Assembly (NCBI GenBank): GCA_902761825.1
Contig: CACWLY010000002.1
Span: 22,912 to 86,911, forward strand
Direction: 5' to 3'
Source of the DNA: an uncultured Eubacteriales bacterium
Lineage (GTDB): Bacteria > Bacillota > Clostridia > Christensenellales > Aristaeellaceae
Length of the DNA stretch: 64,000 nt
A program made the position numbers and the translations under genes. The notes below the pieces were generated by a model that worked only from the letters and a program-made list of their open reading frames with translations, made no database searches and was not told where the DNA came from. Shown piece after piece: positions 25,916 through 34,418 of this stretch; within the stretch, counting starts at the first letter, position 1, and every line of letters starts with the position of its first letter.

Positions 25916-26559
25916 AAATACTGCTGATCGCCGACGAGGAAGCCCCTTACCTGTGGGATTATTACCAGCCGGGCAGGCTGGACGGCATTGATTTTATCCT
26001 GTCCTGCGGTGACCTGAAGCAGGAATACCTGGAATTCCTGGTCACCATGAGCAATAAGCCGCTGTATTATGTGCACGGCAATCATGACAGGGGTTACGTC
26101 AATTTCCCGCCGGAAGGGTGCGAATGCCTGGACGATCAGCTGATAGAAGCGGGCGGATTAAGGATCATCGGCCTTGGCGGCTGTATACGCTATAATCCCG
26201 GCCCGTACCAGTATACCGAGAAGGAGATGGACGCGCGCATCAGGCATCTGCGCCGCCGGATCAAAAAAGCGGGCGGCGTGGATATCGTGGTTACGCACGC
26301 CCCGCCGCGCGGATACGGAGACGATGAGGACAACGCGCACCGCGGGTTTGAAGCTTTCCTGCCGCTGCTGGATGAATATCATCCCATGTACCTGCTGCAC
26401 GGCCATGTGCATCAGAGCTACGGGACCGGCCAGCCGCGCCGGATCCAATATGGGGATACGACCGTGCTCAACGCGGTGGGCTGGCAGATCCTGGAGATCG
26501 ACGCGCCTCCCAGAACCGCGAAAAAAGGCTTTTTCGACCGGCTGCGCCGAAAGAAATGA
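25912..26559 (+). CDS. Metallophosphoesterase (variant first motif)
   Basis: ATGA overlap with the upstream gene. Motifs SCGDL, HGNHD, VTHAPP and HGHVH are present, but the first motif reads IADEE instead of D-x-H. Confidence 0.8.
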   Translation: MKILLIADEEAPYLWDYYQPGRLDGIDFILSCGDLKQEYLEFLVTMSNKPLYYVHGNHDRGYVNFPPEGCECLDDQLIEAGGLRIIGLGGCIRYNPGPYQYTEKEMDARIRHLRRRIKKAGGVDIVVTHAPPRGYGDDEDNAHRGFEAFLPLLDEYHPMYLLHGHVHQSYGTGQPRRIQYGDTTVLNAVGWQILEIDAPPRTAKKGFFDRLRRKK

Positions 26560-26576
26560 ATGCAACGCGAGTTGTA

Positions 26577-26728
26577 TACTATCCTTTTTTAAGAGCAAAT
26601 TCTAAAAAGGGAACGTTTAGGGCCTACGCGATCCGGGACCTTCTGGTCCGTTTCTCGCTGTTTGCTTGCGCTGGCCGAAAGCCGGAATTATCATCCCAAA
26701 GGAAGATTTTCCGGGCGCTTGAAACCCC
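26577..26728 (+). repeat. Family B repeat, copy B2
   Basis: Starts TACTAT 17 nt after the stop codon at 26557-26559. Core is homologous to B1 and, in reverse complement, to B3. Confidence 0.6.
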
Positions 26729-26844
26729 TCTGGACATCCATTCCGGCGTTGAAGCGCGGAGCGTAAACCAGACTTGCTTCCGCCTGTTTGGCATATGGGG
26801 ACAAGCAAGCTTCCGGGCAATAGAAAAGGAGAAAAATTGACCGA

Positions 26845-26865
26845 AAAACAAGCTCGCTTGTTTTA
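26845..26865 (+). terminator. Hairpin AAAACAAGC-TC-GCTTGTTTT, a possible bidirectional terminator
   Basis: 9-bp perfect arms directly abutting the end of MITE fragment A3. Confidence 0.4.
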
Positions 26866-26957
26866 TACTATTCTCAGTATAAAAGATTATCAGATTTGGG
26901 ATGGATTTTTCGCCCTGGCTAAGCTGAATGGAGGGAGGCGTAGCAGCGCTACGTTGA
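26866..26957 (-). mobile_element. Family A MITE fragment, copy A3 (right 92 bp only, reverse orientation)
   Basis: Matches the reverse complement of the right part of A1/A2 up to ...GCTACGTTGA, then diverges. Confidence 0.65.
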
Positions 26958-27000
26958 GTTTGTTCGATAAGTTGCCCCGCAACCGCCGTAGCCGGGGTCC

Positions 27001-27172
27001 GGGGGCTTTGAGCGCCCGGAAAACCTTCCCTTGGGATGGTAATCCTGGCCTTCGGCCAGCGCAAGCGAACAGAGAAAAGCGGGCAGGAAGGCCCCGGACA
27101 GGCTCCCTCCCCGGCGGGAGCGCGAGGGCAGCGCCCTCGCCGTTCTCCCTGTTTTTCATGTTTCCTTCCTTA
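27001..27172 (-). repeat. Family B repeat, copy B3 (reverse orientation, lacks the first ~35 nt, has an insert of about 45 nt)
   Basis: Its reverse complement aligns with the B1/B2 core (GGCCTTCC..GCCCG...CTGTTCGCTTGCGCTGGCCGAAGGCCAGGATT...CATCCCAA.GGAAG.TTTTCCGGGCGCT). It starts directly after the stop codon of the minus-strand gene at 27173. Confidence 0.6.
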
Positions 27173-28975
27173 TTAACTCTCAGAATCGCCGTTTATGGCG
27201 CTGAACTCAGCCGAGCTGGCGTATTCCATACCGGCCTCCTTATACAGCACCTGCCAGACGGGAGCGAACACCATGCCGTCCTGCTTGTTATCGGCCCGGA
27301 TAGGCACGTAGGTCAGGGCGACGCGCTCGACCGACGCGATTTCCATGCTGTCCCGCGCATGGGCGATTTCCTGATACAGGCGGGATACCGCTTCCTCCGG
27401 GGAGATCAGCTTATCGGGCGTTCCGGCTTCCTCGCCGCGGTTGTAAGCGCAGCGGAAGCTGGCGGACGTAATGCCACGGCTGCTGACGAACAGCTCCAGC
27501 TGCTGCCGGCCGTCCGCGACATGCGTTACCCCAAGGGGCGTGTAGACCAGATAGTAGCCCTCGTCCTTGACGGTGGCGGCGGCGTAATCCTGCTTGGGCG
27601 AATTGCTGTACCCCTCGCCCTCGAACCAGAAATGATTATAGGCTTCGCCGAGGGTATGAATGCGCTCCACGCTCATGTCCAGCGCCCAGGCCAGCTCAAA
27701 GCCCTTGAGGCCCAGCTTGTCAAACAGCGTTTCCGCCGTATGCTTTGCTTCCTCCAGCGTGATTTCGGTCAGCTGTTCACGCTCCAGCTGTACGCCTTCC
27801 GCGTAGTCCGCAAGGCCGCCGTACACGCCGGAGGCGATGCTTGCGATCCCCATGGACAGCGCCTGCCTGGGCGAGAGGCTGGGCGCGATATCGGGATTGT
27901 CCCCTTCGCGCTCTCTCCAGTTGTAGTCAAACAGCTCGTCCGTGTATTCCGCATACCAGACGCTCTCGGGACTCAGCGACAAAACCGCGTGATCGTTGAA
28001 GGTCATATAGTTGTCGGACTGCTTTTCGGCAATGCCGCTCTGATTGAACCATTCCGGCTTCACGATTTTTGTAAAATCGTATTCCTCGGCGCGATAGAGG
28101 GGCAGCGTGCCGGACTTCTGATACGCCTCGGGCACGACGAGCTCATAGCCGGTCAGCTGCATATCCTCCGCGGGGATCTCCTTTACGCTTTCCGCGGTCG
28201 GCGTTTCCGTGATCACGACGGGCTCGAACTCCACCGTCCAGGTCTGCGGCTTCACCGGGTCGTCCTGAACCTTGCCTTCGGCCGTCCATTCATCCACGTC
28301 GACGGAAAGCGCCAGCCGGTAGATCGTACCGTCCTCCAGGGCGTAACCGCCGGTTTCAAAGGAAAAGGTGAGGCTGCCGTCCTCGTTTCGCACGTTGTAC
28401 GTGCCGGCGTACCCGGTATTGACCATAGAGCCGCCGTCCACGCCAATTTTTCTGGGCCAGCAGTCAATGGTGAGCAGGCGGCCGCCGGCCTTGTCGGCCT
28501 GACGGAGCAGGGAAAGCGCTTCTCCGATTGGCTCCGCTTCCTCTATTCCCCATCCGTCCGCCAGATCCATGGGCAGCAGCACGTCCTTTGCGTCCTTCGC
28601 CCTGGCCGTTCCCACGCCGTAGATGCCGCGGTCCTTGTAGATCACTTCGTCCAGCGTGAACGCTACGCCGCCCAGGTCGACCGTCTCTCCGATCTGCGCC
28701 ACCTTGCCGCTTTCGAGCCAGTTTCCCAGCTCCTTGTTCCAGTGTTTTCCGAAGAATTCCGCCACCTGGGAGGAAAACAGGGCGTACGCCGTTCCCATCG
28801 CGGCGATTCCCAGTACGACAGTCAATACAAGCGCGAGCGATATCTTTCTTTTCACAGGTTCTTCTCCTTTCGCATTCGCAAGGACCCGCTGCGCAAGCCA
28901 AGGATCTTCCCGCAGATGCGTCAGGGAACTGTTTACGGCTTTCTGCACCCTTTTCTGTTCCTCATGCAGGGTCAT
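27173..28975 (-). CDS. Anti-sigma factor-like single-pass membrane protein with a large extracytoplasmic domain
   Basis: ATG at 28975 lies 8 nt after GGAAGGAAG and overlaps the sigma gene 3' end by 14 nt. Short cytoplasmic N-terminus, one TM segment, and an extracytoplasmic region of about 530 aa. Confidence 0.7.
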   Translation of the reverse strand: MTLHEEQKRVQKAVNSSLTHLREDPWLAQRVLANAKGEEPVKRKISLALVLTVVLGIAAMGTAYALFSSQVAEFFGKHWNKELGNWLESGKVAQIGETVDLGGVAFTLDEVIYKDRGIYGVGTARAKDAKDVLLPMDLADGWGIEEAEPIGEALSLLRQADKAGGRLLTIDCWPRKIGVDGGSMVNTGYAGTYNVRNEDGSLTFSFETGGYALEDGTIYRLALSVDVDEWTAEGKVQDDPVKPQTWTVEFEPVVITETPTAESVKEIPAEDMQLTGYELVVPEAYQKSGTLPLYRAEEYDFTKIVKPEWFNQSGIAEKQSDNYMTFNDHAVLSLSPESVWYAEYTDELFDYNWREREGDNPDIAPSLSPRQALSMGIASIASGVYGGLADYAEGVQLEREQLTEITLEEAKHTAETLFDKLGLKGFELAWALDMSVERIHTLGEAYNHFWFEGEGYSNSPKQDYAAATVKDEGYYLVYTPLGVTHVADGRQQLELFVSSRGITSASFRCAYNRGEEAGTPDKLISPEEAVSRLYQEIAHARDSMEIASVERVALTYVPIRADNKQDGMVFAPVWQVLYKEAGMEYASSAEFSAINGDSES

Positions 28976-29504
28976 GATCACCACTTCCTTCCAAAGCAGA
29001 GCGCAGCTTTTTTCTTGCGCGGTTCAAACGGCTGCATACCGCCTGCCGGGATACGGACAGCGTTTCGGCAGCCTCTTCGCAGGTCATTCCCTGCAGCCAG
29101 CAGAGCAGCGCGACTTCCTTCAGCTTCACGGGGAGATTCATGATCTCCTCCGTCAGCACGTCGTCCGCGCGGCTTGAGGGGGCAGGCCGCTCGGCCAGAC
29201 GATCCAGCGTGACCGAGCGGTCAACGTGAATAAACCATCCGGACCTGTACATGTTTTTACAGGTGTTGATCGCAATGCGCGTAAGCCAGGTCTTTTCGGA
29301 AGCGTCAGCCCGGAAGCTGTCCAGATTCCGATAGGCTTTGATGAACGTCTCCTGCACCGCGTCTTTCGCCTGCTCCTCATCATGCAGGTACATGAAGCAG
29401 AGCCGGAGCAGCGAAAGCTGGTACAGGGTTACCATGCGCTCGATCCTTTCTTCCTTGCTGTCAGGGCCCTTGACAGTCTCCACGGCAGCCTCACCACCTT
29501 TCAC
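28962..29504 (-). CDS. ECF-type RNA polymerase sigma factor
   Basis: Region 2 (AKDAVQETFIKAY, WLTRIAIN) and region 4 (MTCEEAAETLSVSRQAVCSRLNRARKKL). The start is GTG 29504 or, more likely, GTG 29483 behind GGTGAGG. Confidence 0.8.
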   Translation of the reverse strand: MKGGEAAVETVKGPDSKEERIERMVTLYQLSLLRLCFMYLHDEEQAKDAVQETFIKAYRNLDSFRADASEKTWLTRIAINTCKNMYRSGWFIHVDRSVTLDRLAERPAPSSRADDVLTEEIMNLPVKLKEVALLCWLQGMTCEEAAETLSVSRQAVCSRLNRARKKLRSALEGSGDHDPA

Positions 29505-29545
29505 CTATTAGACACGGCGCGACGCGGAAAAAGCAATATGCGAAA

Positions 29546-29586
29546 GAAAAAAACAGAAAAAGCAGCGCGATTGGGATCACGCTGCT
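29546..29586 (-). terminator. Intrinsic terminator of the uxaC operon
   Basis: AGCAGCG...CGCTGCT stem with a long U-run on the minus strand. Confidence 0.8.
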
Positions 29587-29613
29587 TGGATTGTCGGATA
29601 ATTTGCGGAACGG

Positions 29614-31029
29614 TCAGATTTCTTTTTTCGCGAAGCAGAAATACCGCTTGGCGTTGCCGTAGCTGATGTCGGCTACGATCTCCTTGAGCGTATCCATGTC
29701 CTCGGGATAGAAGCCATCCTCCACCCACTGGCCGAAGATGCGGCACAGGATGCGGCGGAAATACTCGTGGCGGGGATAGCTCAGGAAGGAACGGCTGTCG
29801 GTCAGCATGCCCACGAAGCCCGCCAGATAGCCCAGGCTCGCCAGCGATTTGAGCTGCTCAGTCATGCCGTCGAAGTGATCGTTGAACCACCAGGCTGAGC
29901 CGTGCTGGATATAGCTTACGGCTTTTTCGTTCTGGAAGCAGCCGAGGATGGTGTCGATGGCGGCGTTGTCGTTGGTGTTCAGGCTGTACAGGACGGTCTT
30001 GGGCAGCTTGTCGGCTTCCTGCAGCGCGCCGAGGAAGGCCGCCGTCTGCGCGGAAGGCGCATAGTTGTCCACGCAGTCAAAGCCGGTATCCGGGCCCATC
30101 GCGCGGAACATTGTGGGGTTGTTATCGCGGCGGCAGCCGTAATGAAGCTGCATTACCCAGTTGCGGTCGTGATACTCTCCGGCGACAAAGGTCATGAACG
30201 CGGTTTTGAAGATCGCTTCCTCCTGCGCGGTGGGCAGTTTGCCGTTCAGACGGGCGGCGAAGACGGTCTCGACTTCCTTTTCGGTGGCGGGCGCGTACAT
30301 CACGTAGTTCAGGCCGTGGTCGCTGAGCGTGCAGTTGTGAGCGGCGAAGAAATCAAGACGCGCGCGCAGGGCTTTTTTCAGATCCTCGAAGGAAGAGATC
30401 TGCATGCCGGCGGCTTTTTCCAGCTGAGCCAGGTAATCCAGATAGGTTTCCTTTTCAAGGTTCATGGCCTTGTCGGGACGCCAGGCGGGCAGCACGGTGA
30501 CCGGGAAGGTTTTGTCGGCGTCCAGCTTTTCATGCCATTCCAGGCTGTCTACGGGATCGTCCGTGGTGCAGATGGTGTCCACGTTGCTCATCATGATCAG
30601 GCCGCGGCTGGTGTAGCCGTCGCTCTGCAGCTTTTCGTTGGCCAGCTTCCAGACCTCGGGCGCGGTATTCTTGTTCAGGATGCCGTCGTAGCCGAAGAAG
30701 CGGCGCAGCTCCAGATGGCTCCAGTGATGCAGGGGATTGCCGATGGCCTTGCCCAGCACTTCGGCGTACTTTTCAAACTTTTCATAGTCGCTCGCGTCGC
30801 CGGTGATATACTTTTCGGGTACGCCGGCGCTGCGCATCAGACGCCATTTGTAATGGTCGCCGCCCAGCCAGACCTGGGTAATGTTTTCATAACGGATGTC
30901 CTCGTAAATTTCCCTGGGGCTCAGGTGGCAGTGGTAGTCGATAATGGGGCACTTTTCGGCTGCTTCGTGATACAGTACGCGCGCGGTCACGGTATCCAGC
31001 AGGAAATCGTTATCCAGAAACGCTTTCAT
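29614..31029 (-). CDS. uxaC: Glucuronate isomerase
   Basis: N-terminus MKAFLDNDFLLDT...IIDYHCHL and a length of 471 aa. Confidence 0.92.
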   Translation of the reverse strand: MKAFLDNDFLLDTVTARVLYHEAAEKCPIIDYHCHLSPREIYEDIRYENITQVWLGGDHYKWRLMRSAGVPEKYITGDASDYEKFEKYAEVLGKAIGNPLHHWSHLELRRFFGYDGILNKNTAPEVWKLANEKLQSDGYTSRGLIMMSNVDTICTTDDPVDSLEWHEKLDADKTFPVTVLPAWRPDKAMNLEKETYLDYLAQLEKAAGMQISSFEDLKKALRARLDFFAAHNCTLSDHGLNYVMYAPATEKEVETVFAARLNGKLPTAQEEAIFKTAFMTFVAGEYHDRNWVMQLHYGCRRDNNPTMFRAMGPDTGFDCVDNYAPSAQTAAFLGALQEADKLPKTVLYSLNTNDNAAIDTILGCFQNEKAVSYIQHGSAWWFNDHFDGMTEQLKSLASLGYLAGFVGMLTDSRSFLSYPRHEYFRRILCRIFGQWVEDGFYPEDMDTLKEIVADISYGNAKRYFCFAKKEI

Positions 31030-31086
31030 TTTTATCTCCTCTATTTACAGTTGATCCGGGGCCGGACGGAGCCTGCGGCGCTGTGC

Positions 31087-32124
31087 TCAGCGCTGCACGC
31101 GGCCGGAGCCCGAACCCTTCATCAGGCTTTCCACTTCGGCGACGCTCATGCGGTTGTAATCGCCGGGGATGGTGTGCTTGAGGCAGGACGCGGCCACGGC
31201 GAATTCGAGCGCGTCTTTTTCGTTGCCGTAAGTGTTCAGGCCGTAGATCAGGCCGCCGCCGAAGCTGTCGCCGCCGCCCACGCGGTCCACGATATCGGTG
31301 ATGCGGTACTTGCGGGAAACGAAGAAGTCTTTGCCGTTGTAAAGGCAGGCGCTCCAGTCGTTGTGGTTGGCGCTCTTGGATTCGCGCAGGGTGATGGCCA
31401 CGCGCTGGATGTTGGGGAAGGTGTCCATAGCCAGCTTGGCGATGGCCTTGTAGTTGTCCAGGTTCAGTTCGCCCTCTTCCACGCTGCCCGCGCTTTCGGC
31501 TTTGAGCAGCAGCGCCTTCTGGAAGTCTTCCTCATTGGCGATCACGGTATCCACGTATTTGACCAGCTCGCGCATCACCTGGTCGGCGGTCTTTCCGTAC
31601 TTCCACAGGTTCTTGCGGTAGTTCAGGTCGCAGCTCACATGCAGGCCCATTTTCTTTGCGGTCTTTACGGCGGCCAGGCTCAGGTCGGCGGCTCCCTGGC
31701 TGATGGCGGGGGTGATGCCGGTGATATGGAACCAGGTCGCGCCCTCGAAGGCCTTTTCCCAGTCGATATCGTCGGCGGTGGCTTCCGCGATGGCGCTGCC
31801 CGCGCGGTCGTAAATCACCTTGCTGGGACGCTGCACGGCGCCGGTCTCCAGATAGTAAATGCCCATGCGGCCGGGCTTGAACACGATCTTGCCGGTATCC
31901 ACGCCGAAGCCGCGCAGCTCGCGCATGCAGGCCTTGCCGATGTCGTTGTCGGGCAGTACGGTGACGAAAGCGGTGTCCAGGCCGTAGTTGGCCAGGGAAA
32001 CGGATACGTTGGCCTCGCCGCCGCCGAAGGTGGCTTCCAGCACGGGAGACTGCATCAGGCGCTCGTAAGCGGGGCTCTTGAGGCGCAGCATGATTTCACC
32101 GAAGGTTACGACTTTCACAGACAT
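31087..32124 (-). CDS. kdgK: 2-dehydro-3-deoxygluconokinase (PfkB family)
   Basis: PfkB motifs (GGGEANVS, DRVGGGDSF). Fits the surrounding operon. Confidence 0.85.
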   Translation of the reverse strand: MSVKVVTFGEIMLRLKSPAYERLMQSPVLEATFGGGEANVSVSLANYGLDTAFVTVLPDNDIGKACMRELRGFGVDTGKIVFKPGRMGIYYLETGAVQRPSKVIYDRAGSAIAEATADDIDWEKAFEGATWFHITGITPAISQGAADLSLAAVKTAKKMGLHVSCDLNYRKNLWKYGKTADQVMRELVKYVDTVIANEEDFQKALLLKAESAGSVEEGELNLDNYKAIAKLAMDTFPNIQRVAITLRESKSANHNDWSACLYNGKDFFVSRKYRITDIVDRVGGGDSFGGGLIYGLNTYGNEKDALEFAVAASCLKHTIPGDYNRMSVAEVESLMKGSGSGRVQR

Positions 32125-32130
32125 AATTGT

Positions 32131-32769
32131 TTACCCCCTGATTTCTTTCACGATATCGGCCGCTTCGCGGACCATTTTGAGGATCTCGTCAAACTTGCCT
32201 TCCTTGACCAGGCTGCCGCTGACCATCCAGCTGCCGCCGCAGGCTACGATGCGGTCATAGGCGAGATAGTCGCGCACATTCGCGGCGTTGATGCCGCCGG
32301 TGGGCATGAAGCTCAGGCCGACGTAGGGAGCGGCAAGTGCCTTGATCATTTTCAGGCCGCCCGAAGGCTCGGCGGGGAAGAACTTGACCACGTCCAGGTC
32401 AAACTGCAGCGCGGCCTCGATCTCGGTGGGCGTGCAGATGCCGGGGGTCATGGGGATCCCTTTTTTCAGCACGTACTCGGTCACCTTGGGATTGAAGCCG
32501 GGGCTGACGATGAACTTCGCGCCGGCGTCGATGGCGCGGTCGGCCTGCTCGGTGGTCAGCACGGTGCCCGCGCCGACGATCATATCGGGATACGCCTTGG
32601 CCATCTGACGGATGGATTCCTCGGCGGCGGCGGTGCGGAAGGTCACCTCGGCGCAGGGCAGGCCGCCTTCCATCAGGCATTCCGCCAGAGGCAGGGCGTC
32701 CTTGGCGTCGTTGAGTACGACCACGGGGATGATGCCGATCTTCTTCAGCTTTTGCATCATTTCAGTCAT
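32131..32769 (-). CDS. eda: KDPG / 4-hydroxy-2-oxoglutarate aldolase
   Basis: Contains IIPVVV, EVTFRT, GAGTVL and KFFPA (Schiff-base Lys context). Confidence 0.88.
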   Translation of the reverse strand: MTEMMQKLKKIGIIPVVVLNDAKDALPLAECLMEGGLPCAEVTFRTAAAEESIRQMAKAYPDMIVGAGTVLTTEQADRAIDAGAKFIVSPGFNPKVTEYVLKKGIPMTPGICTPTEIEAALQFDLDVVKFFPAEPSGGLKMIKALAAPYVGLSFMPTGGINAANVRDYLAYDRIVACGGSWMVSGSLVKEGKFDEILKMVREAADIVKEIRG

Positions 32770-32798
32770 CGGGGTTCCTCCTTATATTTCTGTATAAT

Positions 32799-34280
32799 TT
32801 ATAGTGTTACGCCTTGTTTGAATATCGCCAGGTCGTGGAAACCGTTCTGCTCGTTGCGCGTGAGCTTTCCGCCGGCAACTTCCAGCACGTATTCCATCAG
32901 CTCCGAGCCCAGTCCGGGCAGCGTCATGCCGTCCAGCAGCCGTCCGGCGTCGAAATCGATCCAGTTTTTCTTGCGCTGCGCCAGGGGCGTGTTGGAGGCG
33001 ATCTTGACGGTGGGAACGGGGCAGCCGAAGGGCGTTCCGCGCCCGGTGGAGAAGAGGATCATCTGCGCGCCGGAGACCGCAAGCGCCGTGGAGGCTACCA
33101 GGTCGTTTCCGGGAGCGGAAAGAAGGTTCAGGCCCGGAGTTTCCACGCGCTCGCCGTACTTGAGCACGCCGCGCACGGCGGAGGAGCCGCTCTTCTGCGT
33201 GCACCCGAGGGCCTTGTCCTCCAGCGTGGTGATGCCGCCCGCTTTATTGCCGGGGGAAGGATTCTCATAGACCGGCATATGGTAGGATTCAAAGTAGCCC
33301 TTGAAATCGTTGATCAGCGATACCGTCTTTTGGAACAGCTCTTCGCTTTCGCAGCGGTTCATCAGGATGGTTTCCGCGCCGAACATTTCGGGCACTTCGG
33401 TCAGGATCGTGCTGCCGCCCATTGCGGTCAGCAGATCGCTGAACACGCCGATCGTGGGGTTCGCGGTAATGCCGGAAAGCCCGTCCGAGCCGCCGCATTT
33501 GAGACCGACGACCAATTGATCCGCTCCGCAGGGAACGCGTGTGTCGCCCTGCATGACGTCCGCAAGCTCCTTAAGCAGCCGCATGCCTTCCGCGATCTCG
33601 TCCTCCGCCTGCTGGGTGATCAGAAAGCGCACGCGGCTTTCATCGTAATCGCCCATATAGGGCTTGATCTGCTCGACGCCGCTGTTTTCGCAGCCGAGAC
33701 CGAGCAGCAGGACGCCGCCCGCGTTGGGATGCGTCGCAAGGCTTGCCAGCACTTTGCGGGTGTTGTCCTGGTCGTCGCCCAGCTGGCTGCAGCCGTAAGG
33801 ATGCGGGAAAGCGTATACGCCCTCGACCGCGCCGCCGACAAATTGCTGCGCCTGGCGCGCAAGCGCCTTCGCGATATCGTTGACGCAGCCCACGGTGGGG
33901 ATGATCCACAGCTCGTTGCGGATGCCGGGACGGCCGCGCTTGCGGGGATATCCCGGGAAAACCGCCGGTTCCCTGCGCTCGGCTGCCGGATGCGTGGGCG
34001 TCCAGCCGTATTCCTTTGCTCCGCTGAGCAGCGTATGCAGATTGTGGGTGTGCACGTGCGCGCCCCGCGGAATGTCCTCGGTGGCTTCGCCGATGGGAAA
34101 GCCGTATTTGATGACGGGCTCGCCCTTTCTGATGTCCCGCAGCGCCACTTTATGTCCCATCGGAAGATCGCTCAGCAGCGTCACCTCGCCCGCGCCGTAG
34201 CTGACGGAGCTGCCGGCCGCAAGCGGCTGCAGCGCGACGGCTACCATGTCTTTTTCGGTGATGCGTACCAGTTTGTTCAT
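32799..34280 (-). CDS. uxaA: Altronate dehydratase
   Basis: ATG at 34280 follows GGAGGG. SAF N-terminal domain (GHKVALRDI) followed by a UxaA/GarD C-terminal domain. The longer ORF-track start is rejected. Confidence 0.9.
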   Translation of the reverse strand: MNKLVRITEKDMVAVALQPLAAGSSVSYGAGEVTLLSDLPMGHKVALRDIRKGEPVIKYGFPIGEATEDIPRGAHVHTHNLHTLLSGAKEYGWTPTHPAAERREPAVFPGYPRKRGRPGIRNELWIIPTVGCVNDIAKALARQAQQFVGGAVEGVYAFPHPYGCSQLGDDQDNTRKVLASLATHPNAGGVLLLGLGCENSGVEQIKPYMGDYDESRVRFLITQQAEDEIAEGMRLLKELADVMQGDTRVPCGADQLVVGLKCGGSDGLSGITANPTIGVFSDLLTAMGGSTILTEVPEMFGAETILMNRCESEELFQKTVSLINDFKGYFESYHMPVYENPSPGNKAGGITTLEDKALGCTQKSGSSAVRGVLKYGERVETPGLNLLSAPGNDLVASTALAVSGAQMILFSTGRGTPFGCPVPTVKIASNTPLAQRKKNWIDFDAGRLLDGMTLPGLGSELMEYVLEVAGGKLTRNEQNGFHDLAIFKQGVTL

Positions 34281-34418
34281 CAATGCCCTCCAAATAAAAG
34301 GGAATGGTTCATATGTTTTTATTGTACTTATTTTTCGGACGACCGTCAATTGCAAAACAGGAAAAGATAATTGCAAAACGATTAAAAGTGCCGCTTCGAT
34401 CAGCGGCACTTCGTCGTT

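Noticed and set aside
29902-33270. Very long ORFs antisense to well-supported genes. Examples are 29902-33270 (+, 1122 aa), 26774-29143 (+, 789 aa), 42139-44385 (+, 748 aa), 16867-18939 (-, 690 aa), 23822-25873 (-, 683 aa), 6210-8111 (-, 633 aa), 37634-39241 (-, 535 aa) and 32814-34370 (+, 518 aa).
   Set aside because: These are typical high-GC shadow ORFs. Their composition is low-complexity and rich in R/G/A/H, they have no SD and no recognisable motifs, and each lies opposite a gene with clear family signatures.
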